From positions 32,001 to 96,000 of IMG/VR virus record IMGVR_UViG_3300009037_000004: a stretch of 64,000 bases of DNA; one strand, written 5' to 3'. The DNA is from a virus (Duplodnaviria > Caudoviricetes). The number at the start of each line of letters is the position of its first letter. Position 1 is the first letter of the stretch. The notes under the pieces were generated by a model. That model ran no database searches. It saw only the letters and a program-made list of their open reading frames with translations, and had not been told where the DNA came from. Both the position numbers and the translations under genes were made by a program. Positions 27,071 to 37,800 of this stretch are shown here, piece after piece.

Positions 27071-27462
27071 CAGGCCAATCTCTCAGGATTGCCGGCGAGG
27101 TCGAGGGCGGCAACCTTCACGTGAATCAACTCCCCCGTCTCAAAGTCCGTGTCAGGATCGATGACCACGCGGAATCCTCCCAGGATGTTGGTGACCGCCG
27201 ATGATGGCCCATCGTACCCCGATTTGAACTGTGGCGTCTCCCCCTGAGCAAAAACGAGCACGAACCCGGCACCGCGGTCAATCCAAATGTTGATGGAGTC
27301 ATCCTTCACCCCCTCATCATCCGTGATCTCTACCGTGATATCGGTATTCACAGGAACCTGTGTCTCATCCTTGTGAGGATTGATCGCCGTTACGAGGGGG
27401 CCGACTAAATCGATCTCCAAACCATACTGATTGATCCCGTATCTGGTACCGTAACCCGCCAT
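27070..27462 (-). CDS. Ig-like domain virion protein
   Basis: P.V..INP...ET.VPVNT.I...I.D...V.V.A.DLAGN pattern. Confidence 0.7.
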   Translation of the reverse strand: MAGYGTRYGINQYGLEIDLVGPLVTAINPHKDETQVPVNTDITVEITDDEGVKDDSINIWIDRGAGFVLVFAQGETPQFKSGYDGPSSAVTNILGGFRVVIDPDTDFETGELIHVKVAALDLAGNPERLA

Positions 27463-27469
27463 GAGATCC

Positions 27470-27919
27470 TCAGCTCAAATGCCTTGTCGCAGCCCACACG
27501 ATATCCGTGAGCTGGGAGAAGGGAACAGCACCATCATAGTAGTTGCCGTCCGGGTCTGGTCCATTCTCCGCCTCCCAGAAAACCCAAGCTGCTCCGCCCC
27601 CCGTGTTCTTCCCGCGCATGATCGCATAGAAGGGCGGGGTGCTCACCGCCGGAGAACCCTGGTCTACCAGGAGAGGGGCCAGGTCTGGAATCGGGTCCGT
27701 GTTCATGTTGGCCCAATCCCCAAACTGCACGACCCTCTCCACGAGGACAACAGAGAGGTCCGGGATCGGATCTGCGTTCAGTGCGTAGCCGTCGCCGTAC
27801 TCGTCCAGGGCAGGACTGGCAGAGACGCCGAGCGCAGGCAGAGACGCCCCATCGGCAAAGTACCCCCGCTCTTCCTTCCGAACGTCTGCGTACACATTGA
27901 GCGCGGGTAGCGTTGCCAT
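27470..27919 (-). CDS. Cassette gene C' (paralog of 30336..30572)
   Basis: MATLP start; shared MRG.NTG.G...W.A..PD..G.YY...VPF..LTDI; DPIPDL twice. Confidence 0.8.
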   Translation of the reverse strand: MATLPALNVYADVRKEERGYFADGASLPALGVSASPALDEYGDGYALNADPIPDLSVVLVERVVQFGDWANMNTDPIPDLAPLLVDQGSPAVSTPPFYAIMRGKNTGGGAAWVFWEAENGPDPDGNYYDGAVPFSQLTDIVWAATRHLS

Positions 27920-27926
27920 GTCTCAC

Positions 27927-29135
27927 CTAGAGCTGGGGAGTGATCCCTGGCCAATCGACAGCGAGGCCATTCGCAATGTGTAGCGTGTCCTTTGCCGTGA
28001 CTCTTGAGAGAGGCTTATGCGCACTGAACCCTCGGCGCATCCGGTAGGCGCCTCTGACGATCCCAAAGATTTCGTAGTCATCCCGTGCGTTGGTGTAGTC
28101 CTTCACCATCAGAGTCCCATCGATGTAGTCATTCTTCCCCGTCCTGGCGTTTGCCTCATTGTGACCAGAAGAATAACTGAATCCCTCACCCTCCCAGCTT
28201 CTCGTTGGATCGAGAGGGTAGCAGTAGTTCTTTGCGACGTTGAATCGCTCTTGCCATGTCACTAGGTTCCCCCACTGCAAGTAACGTGAGTCATAATGCG
28301 CCCACGGATTCACGAAATAGTTTCCCCCACTGCCCAGATTGACTCCCTGGAGCGCCCACCTCTCCGAAGCAACATCATGCTGGGAATCGAATGGCTCAAT
28401 CAAGCTCACAGAACACATGTGCTGTGGCTGATACCAGAGCGTAGGCCCGTATGTCCAGAGGTGCAGCATCGTTCCTTCTGTATTCGCCAGTCCAAAGCAC
28501 CACAGGTTTGCACCACCACCGTAGTTGCCCTTGATGCGTGGGTACGCAGGACTGAGATCGCCGGTGCCGGGAAGGATCTTGCCGGTCGCGGTCCAATCGC
28601 CGTTTAGAGACAACCGGAGAGCCAGCTCGTTGCCACTGTAGGTCGCCATGAGCTGGATCTGCCACCCATCCGCATGAGGCGTTTGCAAGCGGATGTAGTT
28701 CCCATCGGAGCTGGGGTTGGCGTAGTTGTCCGCCATGAGCCACCACGACAGGCTACTCGCGGCCACAGGATACTCGGACGGCAAAGAGCGGAAGTCGATG
28801 GCGATCGTGTTCGCATCAGTGTACCCAATGATCCTGTACCAGCCGCAGTTGACTGGATTGGTGGCGTCAAGGATCAAGATCCACTTGCCTAGATCGGTCG
28901 AGGCGAACGTGGAGTCACCGCCACTCCGAGTGAAGGTGAAGGTGCTCCCCGCAAAGGCTCCGCCGGTGCCCGTCTTCTCCGTCGATCGAAAGCTGCCTGT
29001 GTTCACGGACTCACTGACGAACGTGTACCCACAGCACTTCTCGAGGAACAGCGCGAAGAACTTGATATAGGCGAACGTCCCGTAGTTTGAGAGAGAGGAC
29101 TTCGGGCAAACTTCACGCATCCAGCGATTGGCCAT
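27927..29135 (-). CDS. Cassette gene A' (paralog of 30581..31741), putative tail-associated protein
   Basis: MANRWMREV...FL..CCGYTFVS...GKWILI.DATNPVN.GWY.I...DWPG.TPQ. Confidence 0.8.
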   Translation of the reverse strand: MANRWMREVCPKSSLSNYGTFAYIKFFALFLEKCCGYTFVSESVNTGSFRSTEKTGTGGAFAGSTFTFTRSGGDSTFASTDLGKWILILDATNPVNCGWYRIIGYTDANTIAIDFRSLPSEYPVAASSLSWWLMADNYANPSSDGNYIRLQTPHADGWQIQLMATYSGNELALRLSLNGDWTATGKILPGTGDLSPAYPRIKGNYGGGANLWCFGLANTEGTMLHLWTYGPTLWYQPQHMCSVSLIEPFDSQHDVASERWALQGVNLGSGGNYFVNPWAHYDSRYLQWGNLVTWQERFNVAKNYCYPLDPTRSWEGEGFSYSSGHNEANARTGKNDYIDGTLMVKDYTNARDDYEIFGIVRGAYRMRRGFSAHKPLSRVTAKDTLHIANGLAVDWPGITPQL

Positions 29136-29144
29136 GATCGTCTC

Positions 29145-30326
29145 CTAGTAGGCCGGCATGATATGCACCTTCGACCCATTCCAGGGAGTGCAAACACCCA
29201 TTCCAAAATGGATGTACTCCCTGGATGGCCCAAAGGGCGTAAGCCGCTCGTTCAATCCGGTGATGCTCCAGATGTCCTTCAGCAGTCCGCGCCGTTCGGT
29301 GTGCGGGACCGAGGGATACATCATCATTACCCGCTGGAGCTGTAACTTTCGGTTGAACGCGCTCCAGCGTTGCATGATGCTGTACTCGATCGGCCAGTTG
29401 ATCCCCGTGATGATGCTCGGCACCTCTCCGTAACAGGTGAGAGTTGTGCGATTGTCTGGAGCCAGCCATCTTCCGCCACTCTTGGTCCCTAGGAAATCGG
29501 TACCAGAGGATCCAAAGATCTGGTATATCCCCGCCTCCGCCAGACAGCCGATCACAACCATCGGTCCAGGATCGACAGAGGGGTGGAACGCGGTAAACTC
29601 CCCCACATAGAGGAAGAACCCCCTGGTCTTGTACCGTCCGGTGTTGGCAACCCAGACGATGATTTTGTTCTGATCTACACAGGCGAACAGAGTTCCGTAG
29701 GAGGCGAACCCGAAACTTTCATCATTACTGGGCTGGTAGTCCGAAGTGTTTCTCGCATCTGTTGCTGACCACGCATGTGTCCCTGCATCCCACGTCGCAT
29801 AAGGGCCGAGCGCGAAGTATGGACAGGAGTTACTGGCCCTGACCTTCAAGTGCCAGTTCCCACCGACCGAGTAGGCTCCTTGCAGGATGGCCCACGAGTC
29901 CGCCGGTGGGTAATACGACGCCGAGTTCTCCCAGAGTCTCCAGGTCAGCCCGGTCTCTCCCGGAGGGATGCCATCCTCATGAACGCAGACCTTGGCGTTG
30001 AACTTGACGATCTTGGAGGTGAGAACGTCTGTGATCCTGTAGATGCCATTCCGAGATGGGACGGTCATACCCGTGATCGTGAGATACCGGCCGATGTCCG
30101 CACTCGTGAAGCTGTAGCCGTCTCCAGTGGTGTCGAGTTGATCTGTTTGCCCCACGACAGACGCGCCATTAACCCCCGTCGAAATCGTGGCTGTCCACTG
30201 ACTGTCCCCGACCTTGGAGTCGAATAGGGTCATACCCGCGACCTGAGTACACAGCTCTACCAGCCAGCGGGAGAGGAAGAGACCTCCCAACGAGGAGGAG
30301 AGGCCATTCTGGAATGAGTAGGCCAT
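29145..30326 (-). CDS. Cassette gene B' (paralog of 31751..32947), putative tail-associated protein
   Basis: FQNGL...SRWLVE..TQV.GMTLFDSK...PFG.SREY.H...PWNGSKVH. Confidence 0.8.
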   Translation of the reverse strand: MAYSFQNGLSSSLGGLFLSRWLVELCTQVAGMTLFDSKVGDSQWTATISTGVNGASVVGQTDQLDTTGDGYSFTSADIGRYLTITGMTVPSRNGIYRITDVLTSKIVKFNAKVCVHEDGIPPGETGLTWRLWENSASYYPPADSWAILQGAYSVGGNWHLKVRASNSCPYFALGPYATWDAGTHAWSATDARNTSDYQPSNDESFGFASYGTLFACVDQNKIIVWVANTGRYKTRGFFLYVGEFTAFHPSVDPGPMVVIGCLAEAGIYQIFGSSGTDFLGTKSGGRWLAPDNRTTLTCYGEVPSIITGINWPIEYSIMQRWSAFNRKLQLQRVMMMYPSVPHTERRGLLKDIWSITGLNERLTPFGPSREYIHFGMGVCTPWNGSKVHIMPAY

Positions 30327-30335
30327 GGCGGGCTC

Positions 30336-30572
30336 CTAGGTTCTCAGCACAGCGGAAATCATAATGTCGGTCAAGTCCACGAACGGAACACCATCTGGGT
30401 CTGGCGAGGGGTAGTAGTACCCTGTGAAGTCCGGCTCTCGCGCCTGCCAGTAGATATAGGTCGGTCCAGCCCCCGTGTTCCGGCCGCGCATCATGACGTA
30501 CCGTAGAGGAACGTCCCCATCCGCCGGAGATTGGGTCGTAGGGTTGCCGTTGATCTCTGGAAGCGTGGCCAT
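30336..30572 (-). CDS. Cassette gene C
   Basis: MATLPEIN; shares its C-terminal domain with 27470..27919. Confidence 0.75.
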   Translation of the reverse strand: MATLPEINGNPTTQSPADGDVPLRYVMMRGRNTGAGPTYIYWQAREPDFTGYYYPSPDPDGVPFVDLTDIMISAVLRT

Positions 30573-30580
30573 CCGATCTC

Positions 30581-31741
30581 CTAGAACTGCGGCGTCAGAC
30601 CAGGCCAGTCGATGGCTGTGCCATCGTACAGGTGGATCATATCCTTGGCACTCACGTTGGTGATAGTCGTTCGCACCCCCACATTGTTCCGAATCGAATA
30701 GTGCCCCGTGAGAGATCCTGGGATCTCGTACTCGTCGGCTCCGTTATCCGTGTCTACCTGTAGGATTGTTCCCGGTCGGATGTCGTTCTTGCCCGTGCGG
30801 ACATTGATCTCATTTGCGGCACGCCCGGTGAACGTGTAGTTGTAATCCCATTCTGACGGATCGAGGTGATACGATCTGCGCTCCGCGTTCGAGTGCTCTC
30901 GCCAAACACGGTTGTACGCCCAGTTGTCGTAGTGCCGGGAGAAGTAGGTTGAGGACGTGCTTCCCGAGATGGAGTTTGGCCCCATGAGCGACCATCGCTC
31001 AACCGCCGGATGGCCCGTCTCGTACTCGGGATCGATCTTCGCCACTCCCGCTCCACAGTTCCCCCCGGCCGAGGTGTGGAACTGGTAGAACATGACGTAA
31101 GTGCCGCCAGTGTCCGCGAAGATGTAGTTGTACATATCGTTGGTCCCCCCGCCCTCCAGATTGAACCACGCAGGCCCCAAAATCTTCCCGGTAGCCGTCC
31201 AATCCGCGTTCATGGACAGCCGATAGTTGATCTTCGAGCTGCTCCCACCCGTGACGTACTTCAACTCCAGATCCCAGCCATCCGCGTGCGGCGTATTGCA
31301 ACGGACGTAGTCCCCCACAGTGGAGGTGATCTGGTAAGTCTCATCCATGATGAACCATGTGAGACCGCTGGCCGCCGTGGGATATTCCGTGCCACCAGAT
31401 CTGAAGTCGATCGTGATATTCGAGGCATCCGTGTAGCCGGTGATCTTGTACCAGCCGTTGTTCACGGGATTGGTAGCATCAACGATCAAGATCCATTTGC
31501 CAACATCGCCGACCACAAAAGAGGCAGCCGTGGCGTCCGTGAAGACGAAGTCGGTTCCCGCGAATGCGCCATTTGTCCCGGTCTTTTCGGTGGTAGTGAA
31601 GTCCCCCGTCGTGTTCTGCTGCGACACGAACGTGTAGCCACAGCACTCCTTCAGAAAGAGGTACTGCATCTTGATGAGCTGGGGCACTCCGCGATTGCTC
31701 GCTCCGAGAAGTTTGACTTCGCGCATCCATCGGTTGGCCAT
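30581..31741 (-). CDS. Cassette gene A, putative tail-associated protein
   Basis: Paralogous to 27927..29135; AGGAG RBS fused to the upstream TAG. Confidence 0.8.
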   Translation of the reverse strand: MANRWMREVKLLGASNRGVPQLIKMQYLFLKECCGYTFVSQQNTTGDFTTTEKTGTNGAFAGTDFVFTDATAASFVVGDVGKWILIVDATNPVNNGWYKITGYTDASNITIDFRSGGTEYPTAASGLTWFIMDETYQITSTVGDYVRCNTPHADGWDLELKYVTGGSSSKINYRLSMNADWTATGKILGPAWFNLEGGGTNDMYNYIFADTGGTYVMFYQFHTSAGGNCGAGVAKIDPEYETGHPAVERWSLMGPNSISGSTSSTYFSRHYDNWAYNRVWREHSNAERRSYHLDPSEWDYNYTFTGRAANEINVRTGKNDIRPGTILQVDTDNGADEYEIPGSLTGHYSIRNNVGVRTTITNVSAKDMIHLYDGTAIDWPGLTPQF

Positions 31742-31750
31742 TGGCGTCTC

Positions 31751-32947
31751 CTAGAACTGAACGTGGACCTTGGAGCCATTCCACGGAATGGATATGCCCG
31801 ATATCAAATGGAGGTACTCCCGACTCGCCCCAAAGGGCATCGCCTTAACGTAGTCCTGACCCCCGATCCAGACATCCTTGAGTACCCCACGTCGCTCGAA
31901 TCTACCTGCCGTTGACGCCATGATCGGAATCTCGAACCGGTAGAACTTCCGGCTGAACTGGCTCCACCGACGTAGCACACCTCGAATCCGTACGGCGCTG
32001 CTCCCGTCGTATGGAACTATCGAGGGGATCTCAGGGAAATAGGTCAGCACCGTCGTGTCGTCTGATGACAATGCGCGCATACCGTTTTTCGGAGCATTGG
32101 CATCGTTGTCGCAGTTGTACCCCAGGGCGTAATACGTTGTTCGATCAACCATGCCCGACCACACCATCGCAGGTTTGGGATCAGTACCGACCGGGTAGTT
32201 CGCAGTGAACTCTCCAAAGTACATGATGCCCCAGTAGTTGGTGGTGCGACAGAACCAGCTTATGATCGCACGATTTGTATCCGCCACGGCGAACACGCTA
32301 AATGCAGTCCCAGGATCTCGATAGATGGCCTTGGATGTCGTGTTCCTTGAATCGCTCCAAGCGTCCGTTCCAGCGTTCCATGTAGCCCACGGCCCGATCG
32401 AGATCCAGGGGATGTCCTGGGGCCAGTTGCTCGACTCGATCTTCGTGTGCCAATTTCCGGAAAGACCGGATCCCTTGTAGTCTCCCTGCACCACAGCCCA
32501 GGAGCTGACAGGAGGACGATAAGAAGAACTCCCCTCCCAGAGTCTCCAAGACACTCCCGATTCGGCCAGTGGGATGCCATCCTCGTGGACACCGAATCGG
32601 ATGTCCAGCTCGATGATCTTAGTGGAAATGATCTTCTTGATCCGGTAGATGCCATCCCTGGCGGGCACGGACATCCCGGTGATCGTGATGTACCGGCCGA
32701 TGTCCGAGGAGGTCCAGCTTCGTGCATCCCCGGTCATGTCAAACTGGGCTACCTCGCCCACCACAGATGCTCCGGCAGAGCCCGTGGCGATCGTGGCCGT
32801 CCAACCGCCATCCCCGGTTTTCGAGTCAAACAGGGTCATACCCACGACCTGAGTGAGGAATTCCACCAGCCAGCGGGAGAATGTCTGGCCGTTGTAGTTC
32901 CCATCGGTAGAGACCAAGTAGAGACCATTCTGGAATTTGTCAGCCAT
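31751..32947 (-). CDS. Cassette gene B, putative tail-associated protein
   Basis: Paralogous to 29145..30326. Confidence 0.8.
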   Translation of the reverse strand: MADKFQNGLYLVSTDGNYNGQTFSRWLVEFLTQVVGMTLFDSKTGDGGWTATIATGSAGASVVGEVAQFDMTGDARSWTSSDIGRYITITGMSVPARDGIYRIKKIISTKIIELDIRFGVHEDGIPLAESGVSWRLWEGSSSYRPPVSSWAVVQGDYKGSGLSGNWHTKIESSNWPQDIPWISIGPWATWNAGTDAWSDSRNTTSKAIYRDPGTAFSVFAVADTNRAIISWFCRTTNYWGIMYFGEFTANYPVGTDPKPAMVWSGMVDRTTYYALGYNCDNDANAPKNGMRALSSDDTTVLTYFPEIPSIVPYDGSSAVRIRGVLRRWSQFSRKFYRFEIPIMASTAGRFERRGVLKDVWIGGQDYVKAMPFGASREYLHLISGISIPWNGSKVHVQF

Positions 32948-32950
32948 CGA

Positions 32951-33214
32951 TCAACTCCCGAAACCGGCGAAGAACTGCGTCAAGGCACCGGTGACATCCA
33001 ACTTCCCCGTCCCGTAGCAGTCCTCATTGGCGAAGTCGATGTCCACCGAGGCTGCCCCATCCTTGCTGGCAGTGATCCGCACACCTCCTGAGTCTACATC
33101 ACCGAAGACTGCGTAGGTGAGCCTCTCATAGGTGCTACCCCCGCTTTCCCATCGGATCGGGAACCAGTAGTTGATGGCGTCTACCAGAAGTGCCTGTCGC
33201 TCTTCTTCGGTCAT
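32951..33214 (-). CDS. Hypothetical protein
   Basis: AGGAG RBS; tiles the operon. Confidence 0.65.
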   Translation of the reverse strand: MTEEERQALLVDAINYWFPIRWESGGSTYERLTYAVFGDVDSGGVRITASKDGAASVDIDFANEDCYGTGKLDVTGALTQFFAGFGS

Positions 33215-33223
33215 CGTGTTCTC

Positions 33224-34429
33224 CTAGACCTCTGCCTCGAGTCCAGCCCACATGCAGACCACTCTTTCTGCTGGACCGCCACTCCCTGTCACCTTGAAAC
33301 GGATCTCATACATCTTCTCCGCCGCGTTCAGTGTCAAGGCAGCGGAGGACTTCCGGGTAGAGACCAGTTCCGTGAAGGTGAGGATCGACTCGGAAGTAGC
33401 GTCCGTGAGGTTGTACAGCTCCACAGATCCTGTGAGGCCGCTGGTGGTGACGTAGGCGGTCACGACGAACTTCACGGTGAGCGTGGTGAAGAACGCGCCA
33501 GCCACACCCAAGGCACCGACGATCACATCGGAGGATGAGTCCGTGTTCTCATTGATCGCCATCGCGATCATGTTGTTCCCGCCGCCTCCACCTCCAACAT
33601 CCGGTTGCCATTCACTGGCGACGCTGTTCCACTTGTAGACATCGCCATCGTTGGGCGCGGTAGTCGCGATATCTCGTCCCTGGAGTTGATCGGCGTTCTG
33701 CGCGTCTGCAAGTACACCGGAGAGACCAGCAACACTGATCTCATCACCCCCACTATCTTCGTGGGAGGTGGCATGCGCTGTGGGTGTGCGAGCGTCAGAA
33801 AGCCTGGAGTCGTCCCCCGCACATGCAGAGGTGGCGGACGTACCCAACGTGCGAAGCGAACCTGTTACTGCCGCTGCGTCAACCGTCAGCGCATCTGCGC
33901 CACCCTCATGGGAGCTGGCATGAGCTTTAGGAGGCTGTGCATCAGTCAGCTCACCAGAGAGGCCGGCAACAGAGATCTCATCATCTCCCCCCGCCTCATG
34001 CCGGGCGGCATGGGTCGCCAAGATCGCCTCAGCATCACGGATGGTCTGGTTGAGATCGGTGTCGTAGCGGTAGAGGTAGGCTCCAGGAATGCGAAGAGCA
34101 AGCTCCTCAGTCAAAATGTAGACCGCAGTCTGGGCCTCTTCTCGATCGTAGGCAGGCTCGCTCCACCCTGAGCTATTCTTCGCTCGGAGCTGGAGGACAT
34201 AGCCTTCAGCTACATCCGCTGTGAACTGCGCGTTCTGGACCGTGGAGACGCCATCTGTGAAGTCCCCATTCACCCCGACGTCGGCCGAGCTCCCCGAAGG
34301 GACGGCCAACATCGTCCATTCCCAATCAGTGATGGGCCCGTTGAGAGCATTGCCGGACAGTGTCACCAGCTTCGGAAGGGTCGAGAATGCGTAGGCTTGT
34401 TCGGGACCAGCCTGGGCTACTGGAATCAT
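33224..34429 (-). CDS. Tail-fibre-like protein with HAxxHE-GG repeats and an N-terminal PKD-like domain
   Basis: HAARHEAGGDDEISVAGLSG, HASSHEGG, HATSHEDSGGDEISVAGLSG; GDDSRLSDARTP; GDVYKWN...WQP. Confidence 0.7.
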   Translation of the reverse strand: MIPVAQAGPEQAYAFSTLPKLVTLSGNALNGPITDWEWTMLAVPSGSSADVGVNGDFTDGVSTVQNAQFTADVAEGYVLQLRAKNSSGWSEPAYDREEAQTAVYILTEELALRIPGAYLYRYDTDLNQTIRDAEAILATHAARHEAGGDDEISVAGLSGELTDAQPPKAHASSHEGGADALTVDAAAVTGSLRTLGTSATSACAGDDSRLSDARTPTAHATSHEDSGGDEISVAGLSGVLADAQNADQLQGRDIATTAPNDGDVYKWNSVASEWQPDVGGGGGGNNMIAMAINENTDSSSDVIVGALGVAGAFFTTLTVKFVVTAYVTTSGLTGSVELYNLTDATSESILTFTELVSTRKSSAALTLNAAEKMYEIRFKVTGSGGPAERVVCMWAGLEAEV

Positions 34430-34526
34430 TCGTCGTCTCCTACTCCGGCCATGTGATTCTAGCCTTCACCGATCTCATGAGTCAAAGTCATTGTACTCTC
34501 CAGAGACCCTGGACTAGAGTAATCCC

Positions 34527-34844
34527 ATGGACCTCGAGTTCCTCGATCCAAGGATCACAGAGAAGTTGCTGGAGGGTCACAAGGACACGATCTCTCCATT
34601 GGCGGAAGAACGCGAGAAGTTCTACCTGAGTCAGAGCTGCCCACACTGCGGCGGGAATGCCTTGGACAAGAGGGGCAGCCTCAACACTCTTTTCCGTGCG
34701 AACGATCCTCTCCCCCGCTACCAACTCTTGTGCGAGAACTGTGGTTGCCTCTTCGATCCCCATTCCGGACTGATCCTGAAACTGGGCAACCTCGGCAAGG
34801 CGTGGATTCCCGCAATTCCCATCCTCCCGGATCGCGAGGACTAG
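34527..34844 (+). CDS. Zinc-ribbon protein (isolated + strand gene)
   Basis: CPHCGG...CENCG..FDPHSG; fills a gap between - strand genes. Confidence 0.75.
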   Translation: MDLEFLDPRITEKLLEGHKDTISPLAEEREKFYLSQSCPHCGGNALDKRGSLNTLFRANDPLPRYQLLCENCGCLFDPHSGLILKLGNLGKAWIPAIPILPDRED

Positions 34845-37800
34845 AGAGACGACGGGGTCTCGCGGGAGACCTTGATCGTTCCGGTGAAGAAGGTCGCCAA
34901 CCGACCGTGCGTCACGTAGTCCTTGGATCGCTCCACCGTGATCTCGCGCTTCTCGTTGTGGACCACCGCCACTAGCTCGATGGGGTTCTGGACGTAGGTG
35001 GCGCCCCGGCGCAGCGGAAAGTCCTGGATGTCCGAGACTTCCACTCTATCGTCCGGTCCCAGCCCATCCATGTAGTCAGACACGTCCTCCCCCACCACAT
35101 CCGCAGAAGAACCACCGCGGTAGTTGAGCTCGAAGTTGATGTAGTGGGGCTGGAGATGCCGCACCAGGAGGCTGGCTGTCAGTACCCGCTCGAGCTGGGA
35201 CTTCGCGAAGGACTGGATGGAGGAAACCAGGGGTGAGCGTTCGTAGCTCACCTGGAGATTCTGGCCCGACAAGATCGTGGCCTGGTCTGGCCGATCTGAG
35301 CTGCCGACAGTCAAGACACGCTGACTGAGGACCATCGTGACCTCTTCCTCAGTCGAGAACGAGAAGTTCTCATCCTGCACTTCCAGTCGGTATCCATCGG
35401 ACTTGTACCCAGTGACCTCGAAAATCTCATCGGGATCGAGATTCCATTCGTTCCCCACACCCTCAGAGATCAACTCCACGTCCATGTAGTAGAGGCCATT
35501 CTCCAAATTCTCGCTCATCCCGGTCGAGTGAAGGCGCTGCACTCCAGGGCGGTAGATGTGGAAATGCTGAGACTGACTGGCGGCCGCGTTCTGCGATAAT
35601 TCCAGGATAGAATGCTGAGTCGGATCCAGGGTTGAGCCGACGTACTCGATCGTGTAGTAGTCATCGATGTCGGCCACGGCCTTGTTCTTAATGTTGGCCA
35701 GCGGTGCCGAGAGCCAGAACACAGCACCAGAGGTGCTGTTGTAATGGTAGATGATCTGGAAGTCCGCCTCCAGTCGAAGGAACTTCGCTCCCGAGATCGT
35801 CTCGATGTAGGCGACGTCTTCCCCCATCGCCTCGTTGATCTCATCCACCACATCATCCGGGCCCGTGAGCTGGTCCGTGAATGTGACAACCTTGAGTGGG
35901 TTGTCACCGATGGTGAGGATGAGGGTCAGGCCCTCAAGGTCGTCTGGGTAGGTGATACCCAAACCACCGCTGAGGACGCGGATGTCATTGCTCGCCTGGA
36001 TGGGCTGGTAGGTGACACTCAGGAGATCTCCGGCCTTGATCTCCCTTGTCAGGAAATCAATGGCCGCATCTCGGGAATTCTTGCCGGTATCTCCAGGTGG
36101 AGACGCATCCGATTCCACAATGGCAGAACCGTTCGTGATGAGGTTGTTGGGGGGATCGTCACCAGAGCAGGGCAGAATTTCCTGCTTCATGTCCGGGTCT
36201 GGAAAGAAGCGGAGGTAAGAGTTGCCGACCTTGACGGTGAAGTAGGTGACGGGATCTTCATCCTCCCCAACCACCTCATCTCCGGCCGCCGCCAGAGCGG
36301 CGTTCGCGGGATGAGTTGACGTTCTCTTGAGAGCGGGGTGCCACGATCCACGAACCTCAAAAGAGGTGGGGTCCAAGAAGTAGACTCTGGCATTCCCGTA
36401 GGAACGAGAACCTACCGTGACCGTGACATTGACGTTGGGCTGGAGGAAGCGGAGAGTACCGCCTTCCTCATCGAATCCCACAGCCAGGAGTTTGAACGCC
36501 GACACCTGGATGAGGTAGAGGAAGCCGATGTTGTCTCCCGTGCTGACGAAAACAGCATCTTTCTTCACCCGCAGGTCGTAGTTGGCGGCAGTCCAATCCG
36601 TGATGTTGCTCGCACTCCTAATCTGACGGTTATCCTCGCCCGTCACATCGAACCCAATGTTCGCGTTCTGAGCATTGGCCGAAACCGAAAGCCATCGATC
36701 TCCTGATCGCAGAGTGAGGTAGTCCTTCCCATCCACAGTGATGTAGGAGGCGATGTTGAAGATGGCGCTATTGATCCGGGCGAGGACGATATGCCTGCTG
36801 GCTGCGCTCGTGAGATCAACGGCCACCGGAGTCCCGTTGACTGAGATGGTCAAGATCGTGGAAGCCAGTGGATAACTAAGGGAATCGAGATCGACCGCCG
36901 CGACGATCCCCGTGGTTGCGTCACTGGTGCTGACCTTCGTTCCGATCCCTGCGTTGGAGAAGGAGGAGCTGCGCGCATCCACCGGACAGGCGTAGGGAAC
37001 GACGTAGCCAGTTGGCTGGGACGAGCTGTCCAAGATCTCTAGGCCCGTGATGCGAACGAGGGGGAAGGAAATGCCTTCCTGCGCTTCATAGAGTTCGTAG
37101 CTGAGGTTGTCCGCAGTCGCGCTCATCTGGGCCGCGAGCTGAAGGTTCCTGTTCCCCGTGCCGGAGATCGCGTTGACGGTGTACTTCCCCTTGTCCGCCC
37201 CGCTCAAGATCTCCAGTGTGTCTCCTTCCGCAGCACCCAGGGCGGAGAAATCCACAGCGGAGGCGGTCGTAACGACGGTCCCAAGCTGGATGGTTTCCAG
37301 GTCATCCCCAACCCCACGAATCGTCCGGGGGTTTCGTAGGTCTATGTCGATCTCGTCCACGACCTTGTAGCGCATGGACGAGTCGTTGGAGGTGATGGGG
37401 TCGTCGATCTGAAGGTAGTTCTCCGCAGAGCCGGGAGCTCCCGATGGCTGCACACCTACGCGGAGAACCGTCTTCGTCCCCGCGTTCACCCCGGTCTCGA
37501 TGACCAGGGAGTGGCCCGGCCGCACCCCTTCAGTCACGAAATCGGCCGTAGGCGAGTAAACAAACTCATCGTAGGTAGTATCGCCGATGAGATCGAGGCC
37601 GCTCACCAGAGGTTCAGAATCGGAGATGGAGGAGAGCACCAACGTCTTCTCGGAGACCGAAGTCCCACGGACGTAGAAGTCCGACGCACCTCCGATATGG
37701 ACCTCGTCCGGTTCGATCTCTAGGGTGTCGGCCTCCGCGGAGAACATGACACCGCCGGGGATGTCAGAGATCGTCAGGAGACGGCGATGGATGGACCACA

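Larger units (their letters stand above)
27470..32947 (-). repeat. Diverged tandem duplication of a three-gene unit (about 2.6 kb and 2.9 kb)
   Basis: Gene order B-A-C-B'-A'-C'; DNA patches such as TACCGGCCGATGTCCG (about 30085 and 32691) and CCAGCCAGCGGGAGA (about 30260 and 32866) are identical. Confidence 0.9.

Noticed and set aside
27470-32947. Diversity-generating retroelement or invertible shufflon explanation for the paralogues
   Set aside because: No reverse transcriptase or recombinase, no adenine-specific TR/VR pair seen, and all copies are in the same orientation.
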